Shown here: positions 40,601-52,600 of the stretch, one piece after another
How positions within the stretch are numbered: position 1 is the first letter of the stretch
Layout of the letters: every line of letters begins with the position of its first letter
From: a virus
Direction: 5' to 3' (one strand)
Virus record (IMG/VR): IMGVR_UViG_3300028394_000037
DNA: 64,000 nucleotides
Made by a program: the position numbers and the translations under genes
The notes under the pieces: model-generated
Seen by the model: the letters and a program-made list of their open reading frames with translations, nothing else
Told to the model about the DNA's origin: nothing
Databases searched by the model: none

Positions 40601-42069
40601 AATGTAGGTATTGATAAATCAATTGGTTGATTTAATGTAATCTCTGAAATAGTTTGAATATCATATAATGAAATATCCCATTCATTTATATTTTTATTTG
40701 ATGTATTGTATTTTCCAGATTCTAATCTAAAATCATAAACTCTTGCGACACCTATTTCATTTCCTGGTGCGGTCGTTGAAGAATATCCAACACGTTCATC
40801 TCTTAAACTTAATATATAAGTATTTCCAATTCCAATTGTAGGTGTTCCATATACTCTATTTAATTTTAATGTTGATCCTGTATTGTAATTGATTGATTGA
40901 TTTTTTATTGTCTTTGTTGTTCTTGGTTTTGGTACATCCAAAAATATTGGAGATGTATTTTCAACTTCATACCCTCTTACAACAGATTTTCCTGGAGATA
41001 TTTGATATATTGCTAAATCATCAGACGATGTTGATCCTCCATATGTAAATTGTCCAGAATTAAATATTCCACGATTTCCAACACCATCATTTAATGACTC
41101 TACTACAGAAATATTATATGGATTTATGTAATAATTTCCAGACTCTGCGTATGTTTTTTTTGCTAATTCATCTTTAACAAGATTATAATTTGATGAAACT
41201 GATTGAGATTTTATAATTCCATCATTAATTGTTGATAATTCTATAAAATTGTTATCATTAAAATCTGCTAAATTCTTTTTATACAGTGAAACTGTTATTT
41301 TCAGTCTATCAGCACCTGGAGCAGCATAATTATTAAATCCTTGTGAATTATCTGTTAAATTTTCATCAATATCTGCATTGATGATTTCTTCATTTATAAA
41401 TAAACCAACTCTATAGTTAGGTTTATTTGTATATTGATCTAAAATTAATGTCTCTGTATTTACATTTACAAATTGTCCACGAATAAAATATACACCATTA
41501 GTGATAGAAAATGCAGATCCTACTGATGTTGAATTATTTGCAATTGTAGATGCAAATACACTACCTGAAGGAATTGATGTATTTCCAAGAAGTCCAGATA
41601 TAATAGTTACACTTGTTTCTAATAATTCATCGTCAGAGAACTGTTGTGTTGAATTATTTTGAGTATTTGATGAAATATAATTTACATATAATGTTACATT
41701 TCCTCTTTCTGAATCATTTGCAGATAGAACTTTTTCTACTACAGCAGTTACTCCAGAAGTCTGCCCTGTAATTTTTGTTCCTACAAGTTGACTTATATAA
41801 GCTTCTATTGGAATTCCAAGATATGTATTATTTAATTCAACTGCATAATAAATTGCATTATAACCAGTATTTCCGGGAATAACTTTTGCGCCTTCTTTAA
41901 AGAAGTGTTGCCCAAATTTTTCAATTTGATTCTGTAATATTGACTGAAGAGTTGTTAATTCTCTTGCTTGAATTGGAATACCAGGTTTAAAAAGTACTTT
42001 ATAGTAGTCATTATTTGCATCAAAATCGTCAAAATATGGTGATACATTTAAATTAGTTTGCTGAGACAT
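34645..42069 (-). CDS. Large baseplate-associated virion structural protein (DUF4815/VrlC-like), 2474 aa
   Basis: NLNVSPYFDDFD...KVLFKPG..QARELT.LQSILQNQ, APGADRLK, RIKNLEYYTSLSLLE, DPIAQSF. Confidence 0.85.
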   Translation of the reverse strand: MSQQTNLNVSPYFDDFDANNDYYKVLFKPGIPIQARELTTLQSILQNQIEKFGQHFFKEGAKVIPGNTGYNAIYYAVELNNTYLGIPIEAYISQLVGTKITGQTSGVTAVVEKVLSANDSERGNVTLYVNYISSNTQNNSTQQFSDDELLETSVTIISGLLGNTSIPSGSVFASTIANNSTSVGSAFSITNGVYFIRGQFVNVNTETLILDQYTNKPNYRVGLFINEEIINADIDENLTDNSQGFNNYAAPGADRLKITVSLYKKNLADFNDNNFIELSTINDGIIKSQSVSSNYNLVKDELAKKTYAESGNYYINPYNISVVESLNDGVGNRGIFNSGQFTYGGSTSSDDLAIYQISPGKSVVRGYEVENTSPIFLDVPKPRTTKTIKNQSINYNTGSTLKLNRVYGTPTIGIGNTYILSLRDERVGYSSTTAPGNEIGVARVYDFRLESGKYNTSNKNINEWDISLYDIQTISEITLNQPIDLSIPTFIKGKSSGATAFLRYAVSAGTAVTVYEKSGEFIANESFIFNGIENNRVAIAVTSYGISDIKSVYGIVGSASTFTADVIQSDSFNIGIATISALSGGISTVYSSNPQFPGKNIRAKNIIKYSGGSSDPVFAKVVSVGSTSITISGVTTITGIVEGKLPSSTLNVTDLKIITSSLSSSSDNTLYTKLPKDNIESIDLTDSYVTIRKIQNVNISGNQLSSAVTAGTNETFLPFSDERYSLIRSDGTTEILTSNNVNITSDSLQLQINNLGSNDTNATLITTLKKSKIKSKLKIKNRVNTLIIDKSKYSSSGTGSGTLNDGLIYGNYPYGTRIQDEIISLNVPDIIEIHSIYESSDITAASAPKVVLSSLNGPSSKTSDLIIGEKFTGQSSGAVAICAEKLTDYQISFVSKNQYNFKEGETVIFEESKVRATITTLTSTSFDVSFNYSYDNGQNGSFYNYGTINRKSNALEPSKKLKIYFSNGYYQSSDSGDVTTVQSYDTFNYGKEIQSVDNIRNTDLIDIRPRVSNYSVSIGSRSPLEFYGRTFNSSGNSAANILASDESIVTTFSFYLGRIDRVYLTKDGKFQIKYGTPSEKPDLPISVDDAMEISSVMLPPYLYNVSQSSLRFLEHKKYRMVDIKQLENRIKNLEYYTSLSLLETNTANLFVSDENGFNRFKSGFFVDNFSSLFPQENGVEYKNSIDISNKELRPKHYTNSVDLIVGPVTNVDPSEDLEFSVIDGINTRKTGDIITLDYAEIEWLKQSFATRSENVTPFIISFWQGSIEITPASDSWMDTVRINAKSSNTEGNYSEILSLASRTIDMDSQIGFAPVLWDSWETIWVGKDIIETPKYSSMISGSEWGRSVYDTQVSTIVRNQVKEVVPQKIGTTIVSDQFDKSSIGDKVVNKDLISYMRSRNVQFVAKKLKPLTRLYAFFDGVNVSKYCTPKLLEISMISGVFSVGETVVGTVRNTGLGPNIEQTTPSITFRVAQSNHKDGPYNSATSTYPFNPYTSQILQGNYSSTSTILNVDTFSLANQTQGEFSGWVESNMILVGQRSGAQATITNVRLISDLSSTLTGCFFIPNPNVLENPRFEIGNKVLSFIDNDINDSNLANTTAEEGFSSTGILETVQDDIISIRNTRIQNKKEFNNKLVSKTTGTQIVSGAGILANKSNKDVVVSWYDPIAQSFLVEDSTGIFLTRCDIFFKSKDDMDIPVTLQLRTIENGIPTQKILPFSEVTLDSSEVSISSNSSVATSFIFKSPVYLEGGKEYAICVSSNSTKYSIYVSRIGENDLLSQSFISNQPYLGYLFKSQNTSTWEASQWEDLKFVLYRADFIKSGTVEFYNPELSEGNNQIPVLMPNSINLSSRNIRVGLGTTIADSGLAFGNTVLQLGTNATGNYVGSAGSATSSLNVINAGIGYTPSSGSYTFNNVNLTSITGYGANATADITISQGVAIAATIVAGGSGYQIGDVLGITTIGNSGTGGDAKFSIVSIGSTNQLILNNVQGDFVVVGTGKTLQYINSSGITTILNYSNGGDVQISNINAISDGLHILVDHKNHGMYSKDNYVTISNVESDVKPTKLSVAYNTNSSSNISVESTSNLSTFENVGVGTTNKGYILIGDEIISYTSTSPGVINGTIVRGSNPKNYPVGTPVYKYELGGVSLRRINKTHYLNDVSISNPITLDSYNIKIDMTTDGTDRSTDNGYPKLFLNQTKSTGGFNIRATQNIPYEIITPVVHNLTVQGTSLSAELRSISGTSISGNELSYVDNGFESIALNKSNYYNSPRIIASKVNESNKLSTLPGNKSLNMRLSLNTIDTKLSPMVDTQRISTILTSNRINSVITNYATDSKSNTIDNDPTAFQYISKEIILENSASAIKIILNAHVNPYCDIRAFYAVSSSQNFNPIFIPFPGYNNLNTQKQIINFENSDGSSDNFISQTTSMGFSPSDIEYKEYVFTSGNLQSFRSYRIKIIMTSTNQVYVPRMKDLKVIALA

Positions 42070-42075
42070 AATTCT

Positions 42076-43629
42076 TTAGAATTGCAAAATGACTTTAATA
42101 TCTTCTTTTTGGTTAGATGATCTGGTTATTGATGGTCTATTATCAACATATATGATATTTCCTGAATATTTTTTTATCTCAGGAGTTGCAAGACCATTTA
42201 CAAATGACTGACCTAAGTAATATGTTCTATTATTTATTGCAGTTGATATACCCGTAAATGTACTGTCTATTGAGAGAGTTGTCCCAGAATTTCCCGATAC
42301 AACTAAACTTCCACCAGTAGAAGGTGAACTTGTAAATTGCGTAAGGTTAAAACTATACTGGGGGGTTGTTTGTGATGTTCCATCTGTGTTAAATCCGGAT
42401 AGTGTCCTATCTTGCCAATACTTTAGTACTGCAGTAGTCTGATCGTAACTTATAACTCTACCTACTGCGGTAACTCCAGTTGACACTGTTTGACTTATTA
42501 ATGAATCTGCAGTAAATGATGCCGAACTATAACCTACTCCAGTTAATCTTATTGCGTAAACAGCACTTGCTTTATCCAAAGACAAAATTTGAGTTGATCC
42601 ATATGATTTCGGATTCTCAATAATACCAATTCTTGAGAATTCATTTCCAGTTATAAAATCTGGATTTTCATTATCATTTTCAATTCTAGAATATATCAAT
42701 ACATTATATGCTCCAAGTTCTCTATAAATATCATATCCGTGCCCACCCTTGGGAGGAATAATAACATCAAAAGTTGGTCTAGTTGTTCCTGTAGGAACTC
42801 CACCAGATACTAAATCTACATTTGCATAAGTATATCCAGATCCTTGATTTGAGACTGTAATGGATTCTACTTGTTGATCATTGTTTATTACTATTGTGCA
42901 TTCTGCTCCAGAACCATTACCTTTAATTGGAACTCTTGTATATGTTCTATTTGCCGTTCCTACACCAACACCTCTATTTGTAATTGATACGATTTTAATT
43001 GATCCATCAACTGCATTATTTCTTACAGATGAATTATTTGTATCAGTTTCCCAATTTGATGGGACTGGCATAAAATTTGTAGATTCAAATTTTACTATAT
43101 CTGATGGATTGATTGTATATAGATATTTCCAAACGTATCCATCACCACTTGTACCTGCCGATCTTGGTTCTAAGTCAGTAAAAGTTGGTTCATCAATTGA
43201 TGGTTTTCCAGTTGGATTTTCTGGGTCCATTCCATTTTGTAAGCAAATATAAACTCTATATTCACTATTTAAAACGTAATATGATGAAAAATATAGATTA
43301 GTTGAACCTGATACTTGAGCAGTATTTGACACATTATAATCGTGTCTGTACATATCATATTTTGTGCCAGAAGACCACATTCTTTTCTGAATTACTTGTC
43401 GTATATCATTTGAAGTAATCTTTTTCAAAGCAATCATATTATCCCAATAATCATTCTCCTCATTAAAATTATCTTTAGGTGAGGGAGGATTTGCATTCCA
43501 ATCAGTTTGAATGTCTGTCGGATTTGGTAGTCCAATAAAAGAATAATATGTATTCGTAGATGTTGTTACGCCAGATATAAAGTTCTTAGCATTCAATATT
43601 CTAATTTGGTCAGTTATAATAGCAGACAT
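42076..43629 (-). CDS. gp8: Baseplate wedge protein gp8
   Basis: YDMYRHDY, YRVYICL, DGYVWKYLYTI, NRPSITRS..QKEDIKVILQF. Confidence 0.9.
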   Translation of the reverse strand: MSAIITDQIRILNAKNFISGVTTSTNTYYSFIGLPNPTDIQTDWNANPPSPKDNFNEENDYWDNMIALKKITSNDIRQVIQKRMWSSGTKYDMYRHDYNVSNTAQVSGSTNLYFSSYYVLNSEYRVYICLQNGMDPENPTGKPSIDEPTFTDLEPRSAGTSGDGYVWKYLYTINPSDIVKFESTNFMPVPSNWETDTNNSSVRNNAVDGSIKIVSITNRGVGVGTANRTYTRVPIKGNGSGAECTIVINNDQQVESITVSNQGSGYTYANVDLVSGGVPTGTTRPTFDVIIPPKGGHGYDIYRELGAYNVLIYSRIENDNENPDFITGNEFSRIGIIENPKSYGSTQILSLDKASAVYAIRLTGVGYSSASFTADSLISQTVSTGVTAVGRVISYDQTTAVLKYWQDRTLSGFNTDGTSQTTPQYSFNLTQFTSSPSTGGSLVVSGNSGTTLSIDSTFTGISTAINNRTYYLGQSFVNGLATPEIKKYSGNIIYVDNRPSITRSSNQKEDIKVILQF

Positions 43630-43653
43630 TTTTATGGTTTTTTATTTATTTAT

Positions 43654-46600
43654 TTATGAAACATAATTGATATAACCAAGAGGTTTTGTTCTTTTTAAAA
43701 TAGTTCCTGTAGTTATTCCTGCCGATCCACGTAAATTATACGAATTATAAGATAATTCTTTATTTCTAGATTCAAGTGAAACTTTTCCCCAACTAAATTC
43801 TCCATAAAAATTACTATATCCAATTCCAGTCAATCCATTATAATTTGAAACACTTACCGTTACTTTTGCAACATAAGTAATTCCAAAACCAACCGCAGAA
43901 GTTTGTGCAATTGATACTGAAGCAACTTGATATACATTATCTAAGAAAGTAGATCCTACACCAACAATAGATCCAGAAGAATTTAAAGAAGTTACACCAT
44001 TTCCAACATTGGAATTGTAAACAACAAAATAATAACCTGTTTGAATTCCACTAATAGTTGTTACTCCAGTTATTAAAGAATTTCTGAGGAAAGAATTTTT
44101 TGAAATAACAAAGTCAAATACAATTCCAGTTGAGGCTACTCCAACAGAAGTTGTTTTTATACCTGTTATAATACCAAAATCACCCTCATATGATTTTACT
44201 TCATTATTTTCAGTTTTCATTGTTGGTGGTTCAATTAATACTATAGGTATTGTCGTATAACCTAGTCCTGGAGTAGTTATTGTTATTGTTGTCACTATAC
44301 CAGCAGTTATTGATGCAACACCAACAGCAGTATTTTCTGTTGCAGTTGTTCCAAATCCAATTGGACCTGCAATTGTAACAGTTGGATTTGTAATATACCC
44401 CTGTCCACCATTAGAAATAACAATTGAAGAAATTGTTCCAGCAATTGAAACTATTGCAGTTGCTGCTGCAGAAACTTTAGGTTCTTGAGAAATTAATGTA
44501 ATATTTTTTTGATAATCTAAATTAGTACTATTTTCATTGATTTGATTAAAGAATGGTTTAATATTATCAACAAATATAATTGTGCTACCTATACCAACCG
44601 AATTTATTAAATATGCAACAGGATTGATCAATGGTTCATATAATATTCTACTTTTTGATATTACAGTTTCATCAATAATCATATCTTCAGTTTGCTTGCA
44701 CCAAGTAACTGGACGAAGAAGTGTTGCGTCTGTGACGTTTCCTGGACCAAAATATGGATTAGTACTTAAAACATTAGTTGAATTTATACTTGTAACTGCC
44801 CTTTCATTTTCTTGTAGAGATATAGATTGTCCAATATATGGATCATATCCAATCGTAAGTTCATCACCAACTTTTACAGTTTCCAATATGTCTCTATATA
44901 CAACATCAATTTCACCGCTTCCTTTATAGAAAATGATCTTTGATGTATCTCCAGATTTTGGAGGTTCTGTAAAAGTTATAATACTCCCACCAGGAAATTG
45001 ATATCCTTCTCCAGGAACCTGTAGAATATCATTTACAAAAATTAGCAGTGTATCCTCAACATTTATATTGGATCCTTTTGCTGAATATATTGAAAATGGA
45101 ATTCTAGAATATGATATTGTAAAGGTTTTTCTTTTTCCATCAAATAAACTGTCAAAGTTATCTAGTACTTGAAGTTTTCCAATTGACCAACCAGTAAATT
45201 TATCTGTAAATGTTTTTTGTATATTTATTTTAAATTCTTCAAAATTTGAATTGGATGTTGTTGGAATTCCTACAGTTCCACCAATACCAATTGTTAGTAT
45301 ATCATTTTCATTATAACCATATCCAGTATTTTTAATTTCATAATCAATTATACTAGATCCTTGCCCAACAACAATATCAATAGTTGCCTGTGTACCAATT
45401 CCAGATGATGAAGAACTATAAACTAATGGTATATTTGAATATGAAAGTGGAGCATCAAATATGACATATGGTGTATTTGTGAAAGTATACCCAACTCCAG
45501 GATTTGTTATTGAAACACCAGTGATATATCCATTATTAATTGATGCTGTTCCAACAATTGTTATATTTAAGATATCAGTAGAAGATGTTCCTACTCCAAC
45601 TCTAACGGTCTGTAACCCTTGTCTATAACCAGATCCACTATTACCTATACTAATAGATGAAATTGTTCCTGCTGCCGATACAGTTGCAGTACCACCAGCA
45701 GAAATTAATGGTTGATATCCAAATCCTGAAGATGAACCTACTGATACAATAATACCACCACGAGGAATAGATGCTGTATTTACATCTGATGTAATTGAAG
45801 ATGCAGTTCCTGTAAAAGTAACTGATGTAATGCCTGCTGTTTGAGATAATGTATAATTATATTGGGATTCTGGTCCCTGAAAAATATCATTAATTAATAT
45901 AATCGCATTTTCTGAAGATATTCCAGATATATTTGATCCAAATGATTTTAGATTAAATGTTTTTTCTTTACCGTTAAAACCAGATGATATATCATCAAAT
46001 ATGTAATTTTTATAATAAGTCTCATTTGATGTATTAGATTCACCAGATCTCAAAAAGGTTCTTCCTTGGAATTTTGAATGAATTGAAATTCCTTCCCAAT
46101 CTCTTTCATCTGGAGGATTTGTAGTTGTTCCATATGGAATATTTCCATATGGAGCTTCAATGAAATTAAGAGTATTATCAACAATGTTATAATTTCCAGA
46201 TACTTTAGTTACCAAAGTTCCTGTTGAATATCCCGCAACAACCGTTCCCAACCAAGGTCTACGAACTCTGATTCCATTGGTACTTCCTATACCAACTTCA
46301 TCAATTCTCATTATTTCATTACCAATTTTAAGTAAGTTTGATCCAAATAATGATGTAATGTTATCAAGATAAATGATATCGTCAGTAGTAAATACTCTAT
46401 TTGATAGTGTTGTAGTTACAGCAGAGGCTACAATTGGGGATTGTATCAAGTTATCAATAGCAATAATAACTTTTGCATTTTGATTTGTTGATGTGAATGA
46501 GTGTAATGTTTCTCCAATACCAACACTTACAATATTTAATACTTTGGGAATAGGATTTAAAGCATCACTTGCACTTGCTGCGAGTTTAATCTTATTATCA

Positions 46601-49600
46601 TTAACTTTGACTACATAGACAGATGATGGGAGTTTGCTAGTTGTACCAACACCAACAAAATATGTTGATGCAATTCCAATTGCACCATAAGTACTAGTGC
46701 TTATTCCTGGATGTGAATATGTAAGATTTTCTCCAGTAACAAAGAAATGATTTGGAATTGATATTGTATCTGAACTTGTGCTTATGATTGAAGAATCAGT
46801 ACCATCAAAATATCTTTGGAATATTGGATAATTTTTATGTTTTAATTCAAAAGATCTTTTAATATCACGATTAGTTCCATAATAATTTTGATAGTTTGTT
46901 TCTAGTGATGAATTATTAAATGATACTACATCTTTATCATCATCTTCATAACGTAAAATATTTGAAAATACTTTTATACCTGTTTCAACATTTTGAAGGG
47001 GAGTAAAAGTTAATTGTGTTACTCCACCAACTCTTGCTGTTCCAATTGTGCCAATTCCAGAAGAAGTTTCAATATTTGCAAATTCATTAAAATATGTTTC
47101 TGTATCATCATCAATGACAACGACCTCTGATAACTGATGTCTATTATTTGTAATATCTGATGCTTGAACTATAAAATATGCCCCATCATAATCATCCAAA
47201 TAATCTGAAATTACTATAGGTGTGGGTGTTGATGTTGATGCAATTGAAGTTGATCTTGATTCTAATCTAGAATGTTTCAAATCAAAGGTGCCAACACCAG
47301 AAAATCCAGTATTTGCAATAGAAACCTGTATCGTATTAATAATTGCCGTTAAACCAATTCCTGAATTTGGAATAAAATCTAATTTAAAATCAGATCCAGA
47401 AATGTATGTATTATAAGTTCCCAAACCAGAAGAAGAATTTTCAGTCAAACTATCAGTAGATAGTTGTCCATAATCAATAAATTGTACATCAGAACCATCG
47501 TGAATTATACTTATTTCATTAAATTGAAATGGTCCTGTTCCATTATTTGCCCCAATTTCAACCAAAATTTTTGCAGACTGATATGTGGTTGGAATATTGG
47601 AAATATTTGTTGTAGTTCCAGAAGATACTATAATACTTGTTGTTGCAAAACTTACAGAATCTCCAAAACTTGTACTTGCAACGGAAGTATACACATCCTT
47701 TAAATTGTATGATATTAATGTGACATCATAATCGTTTACTTCATATTTTGTTGGATAAAAATATAATACACCTTCAGAACCCACAATACCAAAATCAAAA
47801 GATCCCATATCATACGTAGTTTCAACTCTACCGTATTGGTTAATATGTCCCAATCCAACATCGTGAATTAGCGTAGAAATTAGCAATTGTCTTTGTGATG
47901 TATATCTTTTATCTCTTATATAAATGAAATTTTTCTGTGCTCTTGCATCAGTTAATAAAAATCTATGAACCTCAGAATAATTAGTAGGTCTTGGATTGCT
48001 ATTAAATTGTGAACTGATATCATCTATTGATAAAACTCTATTGCCGATAGATTCAAAATAATCAATTAAGATAGTATTTGAAAATATCATCTCATTGGAA
48101 ATGACTGATGAATTAATTTCTAATGAATTTTCTCGTACTAAATCAAAATTATAAAAACAATTCAAATCAGCATATCCAACAATATCTGTTATGACATCTA
48201 TTGTTGCACTTAATGCCTGATTATTTTTTGGATCAAATATGTTTGGTTCTGAACTTTCTAATTGATAATCACTGAATTTTTTAAATCCAGATGTATGATT
48301 TAATGTACTTACTGCGTCATTCCAAGTATCATAGTCTACTTTTGATTTTAATGAATATGAAAAATTTTGATAATAATGATTATCTTGTATTCTCTGTAAA
48401 TTATCATTTAAGAATCCAGCATTTGAATTCCACCCACCATTTATATCCGATGATGAATTTAATTCAAATACTGCATCAAAGTTGTCTAATTTACTAATAA
48501 TTCCTTGACTCTTTGATGTATACCCTTCTATTATTTCATTGGCTACAAATTTTTGATTTGAAATTATTCTTAATTGATCTATTGTAGAATTCCAAGTGTC
48601 CACATAACCAGATGCTGATAGTGTTAATACTTTTTCATTTTCAAGAAAATTATTTTTTTTCAAAATAGAATTAAAAATTGGAAAATATTTTTCTGGTATT
48701 ATTCTTCCTGCAGAATTAATGGAATCATATGTACCTGGAACTTCAGATCCTATTAAGTAATTTGATAGATTATAAGTTACTGTTCCAATATTTCCTCCAA
48801 TATTTGCGTCAACTGCAGTAATTGTAAATAGAGAATAATTATAATTTTCGGAATTAAAACCTTTACCAGTTGATTCAATTCCAACACTAACATTTTCAAT
48901 AAGAACCTTATCATTAACTTTAAATGGAAAATCATTTGCAACACTAAATCCAACAGATAATGTTACTGTCACATCTTTTGATATACTATTAAATTGAATT
49001 GAACTTATTCCGACACCATTTGAATTTTGTATTGGAATAATTTTTGGGGTAATGTTATTGAGTCCATAAGTATTTTTTAATATTTTAACATCATTATCAC
49101 CAAGAGTATATTTTAAATCAACCTCAGATGCAATTCTATTTGTTTTGCCATCAATAACAATTAGTTTTGGTGATACTGTGTATCCTCTACCAAAAGAGGA
49201 TACTTTTATTGATTCAAATGATGCTAGAGGTTCAACCTTTATAACCTGTGGCATCTGAACAGATGGTTTAACTGTAAAATCGCAAGGAAAATCAAATCCA
49301 ATATCATTAATTTTTGTGCTATTTACTTTTCCTATTGATTTGCTTGATGCTTCTAAGAGTGCTCCATATCCATCTGTAGATGTAATATTCGTGAGTGTTG
49401 GGAGAGTATAATAATTTTTACCTTTATTTGTAATTTCTACATTTGAAATTGTACCAGAACAATTTTTAGAATTCGTTTGGTATTCTAGTTTTGAACTGGA
49501 TGAAGAATATAAATCTGCTTCTAAAATTTCCCCAGAAGTGTATGTAAATGATGTGGATGATGCAACTGAAACTTGATATTCTCCATTATATTTACTTTGA

Positions 49601-52600
49601 TGTATTTGTATTTCATTATTTGAATGTATAGAATTATCTACAACTATTTCTTGTTTTGTACTTGGGAGTTGATTTTCATAGATTGGATTTAATTTATAGT
49701 ATAATTTTTCTGGTAGATATTGATTGACCGTTAATATCACTCTTGCATCATTTGTTATTCCAACAGATCCATATCTTGTAATTTCAAAAATATTCGTTTG
49801 CTCAGATGTTGTATATTTTTCTGTAAAATTTGAATCTTTATAAAAATCCAATTTGAATGCAGAGTAAATATTTCCTTGTAAATTATATGAAAGAGATGAA
49901 TCTGATAAATCAAAAGTAACCGTTGAATCTTTATAAACTTTTATTGGTGGATTGATTGCAGAAATTGTACCAAATGATGCACTACTGATACCAACAATTT
50001 CTGGATTTAGTGAAATTGAATCAAAATATGTATTTGATAATTTAATATTATTTTCATCAACAATTACAGCATAATAAATTTTATTTGATTGTAATCCAAT
50101 TGATGGTGACGAAGAAGTATGAATTATCTTTTGACCTTTTACATACCCGTGATTTGGAATTGTAATAGTATTAGTTATAGTACTTATTCCAGCAGATAAA
50201 AATGTGTTTGGATTAACTACTAATCTTCTATTGTAGTCATTATAATTGATAGTAAATGTTGTTGATATTGATGGATTTACATCCACAAATACTGTATCTC
50301 CATTTAGTAAACCGTGTGTTTGTGCTGTGGATACCGTAATAAGATTCCTAGAAATCTTTCCAGTAATTGGTAGATAATTTGTTTTGAAACTGTGATTGAC
50401 TCCTGTTCCCAGTCCAGTAAAATAAAGTGTACTTAAAGAGCTAGTAGTACTTGCTATTCCAACAAATGTTCCTGTTGAACCAAGTCCAACTTTTACCGTT
50501 GATATTCCAATTAAACTATTGGATATTTTTGCGACATATACTGTAGAATTATTTTCTAAAGTTGTTGTTCCTATTCCAGTTTGTGAGACTATCAGTGGAC
50601 TACCACCATTTACGGAATATGTAAGAATATCTCCAGTTTCTAAATTGTGGTATGGAATATAAATTGATTTAGTTGGAATGAAAATTTGAGTTATTCCAAC
50701 TCCAGGATTTGAGAATGATATTGTTGTCCCTATTCCAACACCAGATTTAGTTCCAATTCCAATAGATTCAATTGGATTTAAATATATTTCTTTATTTGTT
50801 TTATAATCAAATAATGTAGAAAATCCAACATTTATATTCAATCTTTTTGAATTTTCAAATAATAAAGATGATGCTGTATGAGATACTCCTACTGAACCAT
50901 TAACTCCTCTCAATACTTTAATTCTTGACGATCTTTCATCTATACTTAAAACTTGTACTTTTTCTGTTCCTATACCTAAAATATCATTCTCACGAATATT
51001 TTGATAAGACAAATTTCCAGAAACTGAGAAGTATGTTATTATACCTGTGCTACTCAAATTTCCAGTAGATGATATTAGAGTAAGAGTATTTGTTGTAACT
51101 CCTACAGTATAAAATGCTTCAAGTAATGATGATGTTGTATTTAATCCAGATATTGAAATGATATCACTATCTTTGAAATTATGAGGATTCTTTGTGAATA
51201 AAACAAGATTTCTTTTTTCTTCTGTTGGATATATTTCTACATTTGAAATACTACTAGTTGCTACACTTATTGTATTAATAGGTTTTCCATATATTTTAGA
51301 TACTTTAGCAGAAGCTCCATATCCTCCTTGTAAATTTTCATTGTTGAATGTAATACTATCATCTACTTTATAATCATTTCCTCCGGTTACAATTCCAACA
51401 TTCTCTACCGCACCAGGTGATGCTGATTTTATATCAACAGTTTGATTTAATTTATTTGGAATATTTAAATATGGATATGAACTATTTTCATCAATTAAAT
51501 TGTATGGATAAGTATTTCTCATCCATTGGGTTTTATTTAAATCAATATATTTTTGATTTGATAACTTATCAAAATTAAAATCAATTGGTTTTGATCTAAA
51601 ATTATTCCCAATAATATATGGGAATGTTGGTTGCTTATATCCTATAAATGGTCCAGAAGAGTCTACTGAAATATTATTAATAGTTACAAAATATGCATAA
51701 GTCCCATTTGGAAATTCTGGAGTAATACAATATCTTCCATTATTCTCATCCAATACTGTTTCATCATCTCTATTATAATAAGTATAATCTTCTACAAAAA
51801 ATCCAACAGGGAAATTATCATTTACTGGAGGTCTATTTGTTTTCAAATCAATTTTATATCCAGATTTCATCTGAGATACTATTCCACCTTGATTTTTTAA
51901 GTATCCATAGGGACCATATATTGGATTTCCATCATAAGCCCATCCTATAATTGGAGAATGATCGGTAGATAAAATTTCTGAACCATTTACTTTTTTTAGA
52001 TCTGCTGTTTTATATAAAATATTTCCACCCTGATCTGATGCATATAAAATTTCTCTAAGTTTTCTTGGTGCATATAAATGAGTATATTCCAATCCATACT
52101 CACTATTCAAACCTTCTGAAATTATTCCATCATCATCTGTGATAGATTTAAAATATTTTTGAAATAAATTTACTTTCCAAGTTTGTATTTTAGATTTAAA
52201 TACTGATTTTGTGCCAGAAGAAATTACTTCTATTTTTGTAGTTTCTTGAGTATAATTAACTCCACTTTCAATAATTTTTACTGATACTATTTGTCCATTT
52301 TGTATAATAGGAGTTAAGACTGCACCATTTCCAACTCCACTAATGTATAATTTTGGAGAAGAATTGTAATTATTTCCGGTTTTGTTTATTATAACATCTA
52401 CAATTTTTCCATCTATTGACACAACTGGTGTTAATATTGCATCAGATCCACTATCCAAAGTAAAATTTGGTTCACGATAATAATTTAAAATTTCCGATGA
52501 ACCATATCCAACTCCACCATTCGTTAAATGGAATGATGTAATGGTTCCTCTAAATATTGGTTGAATTTTTGATTGGAATGTTTCTCCAGACACTGAAGAA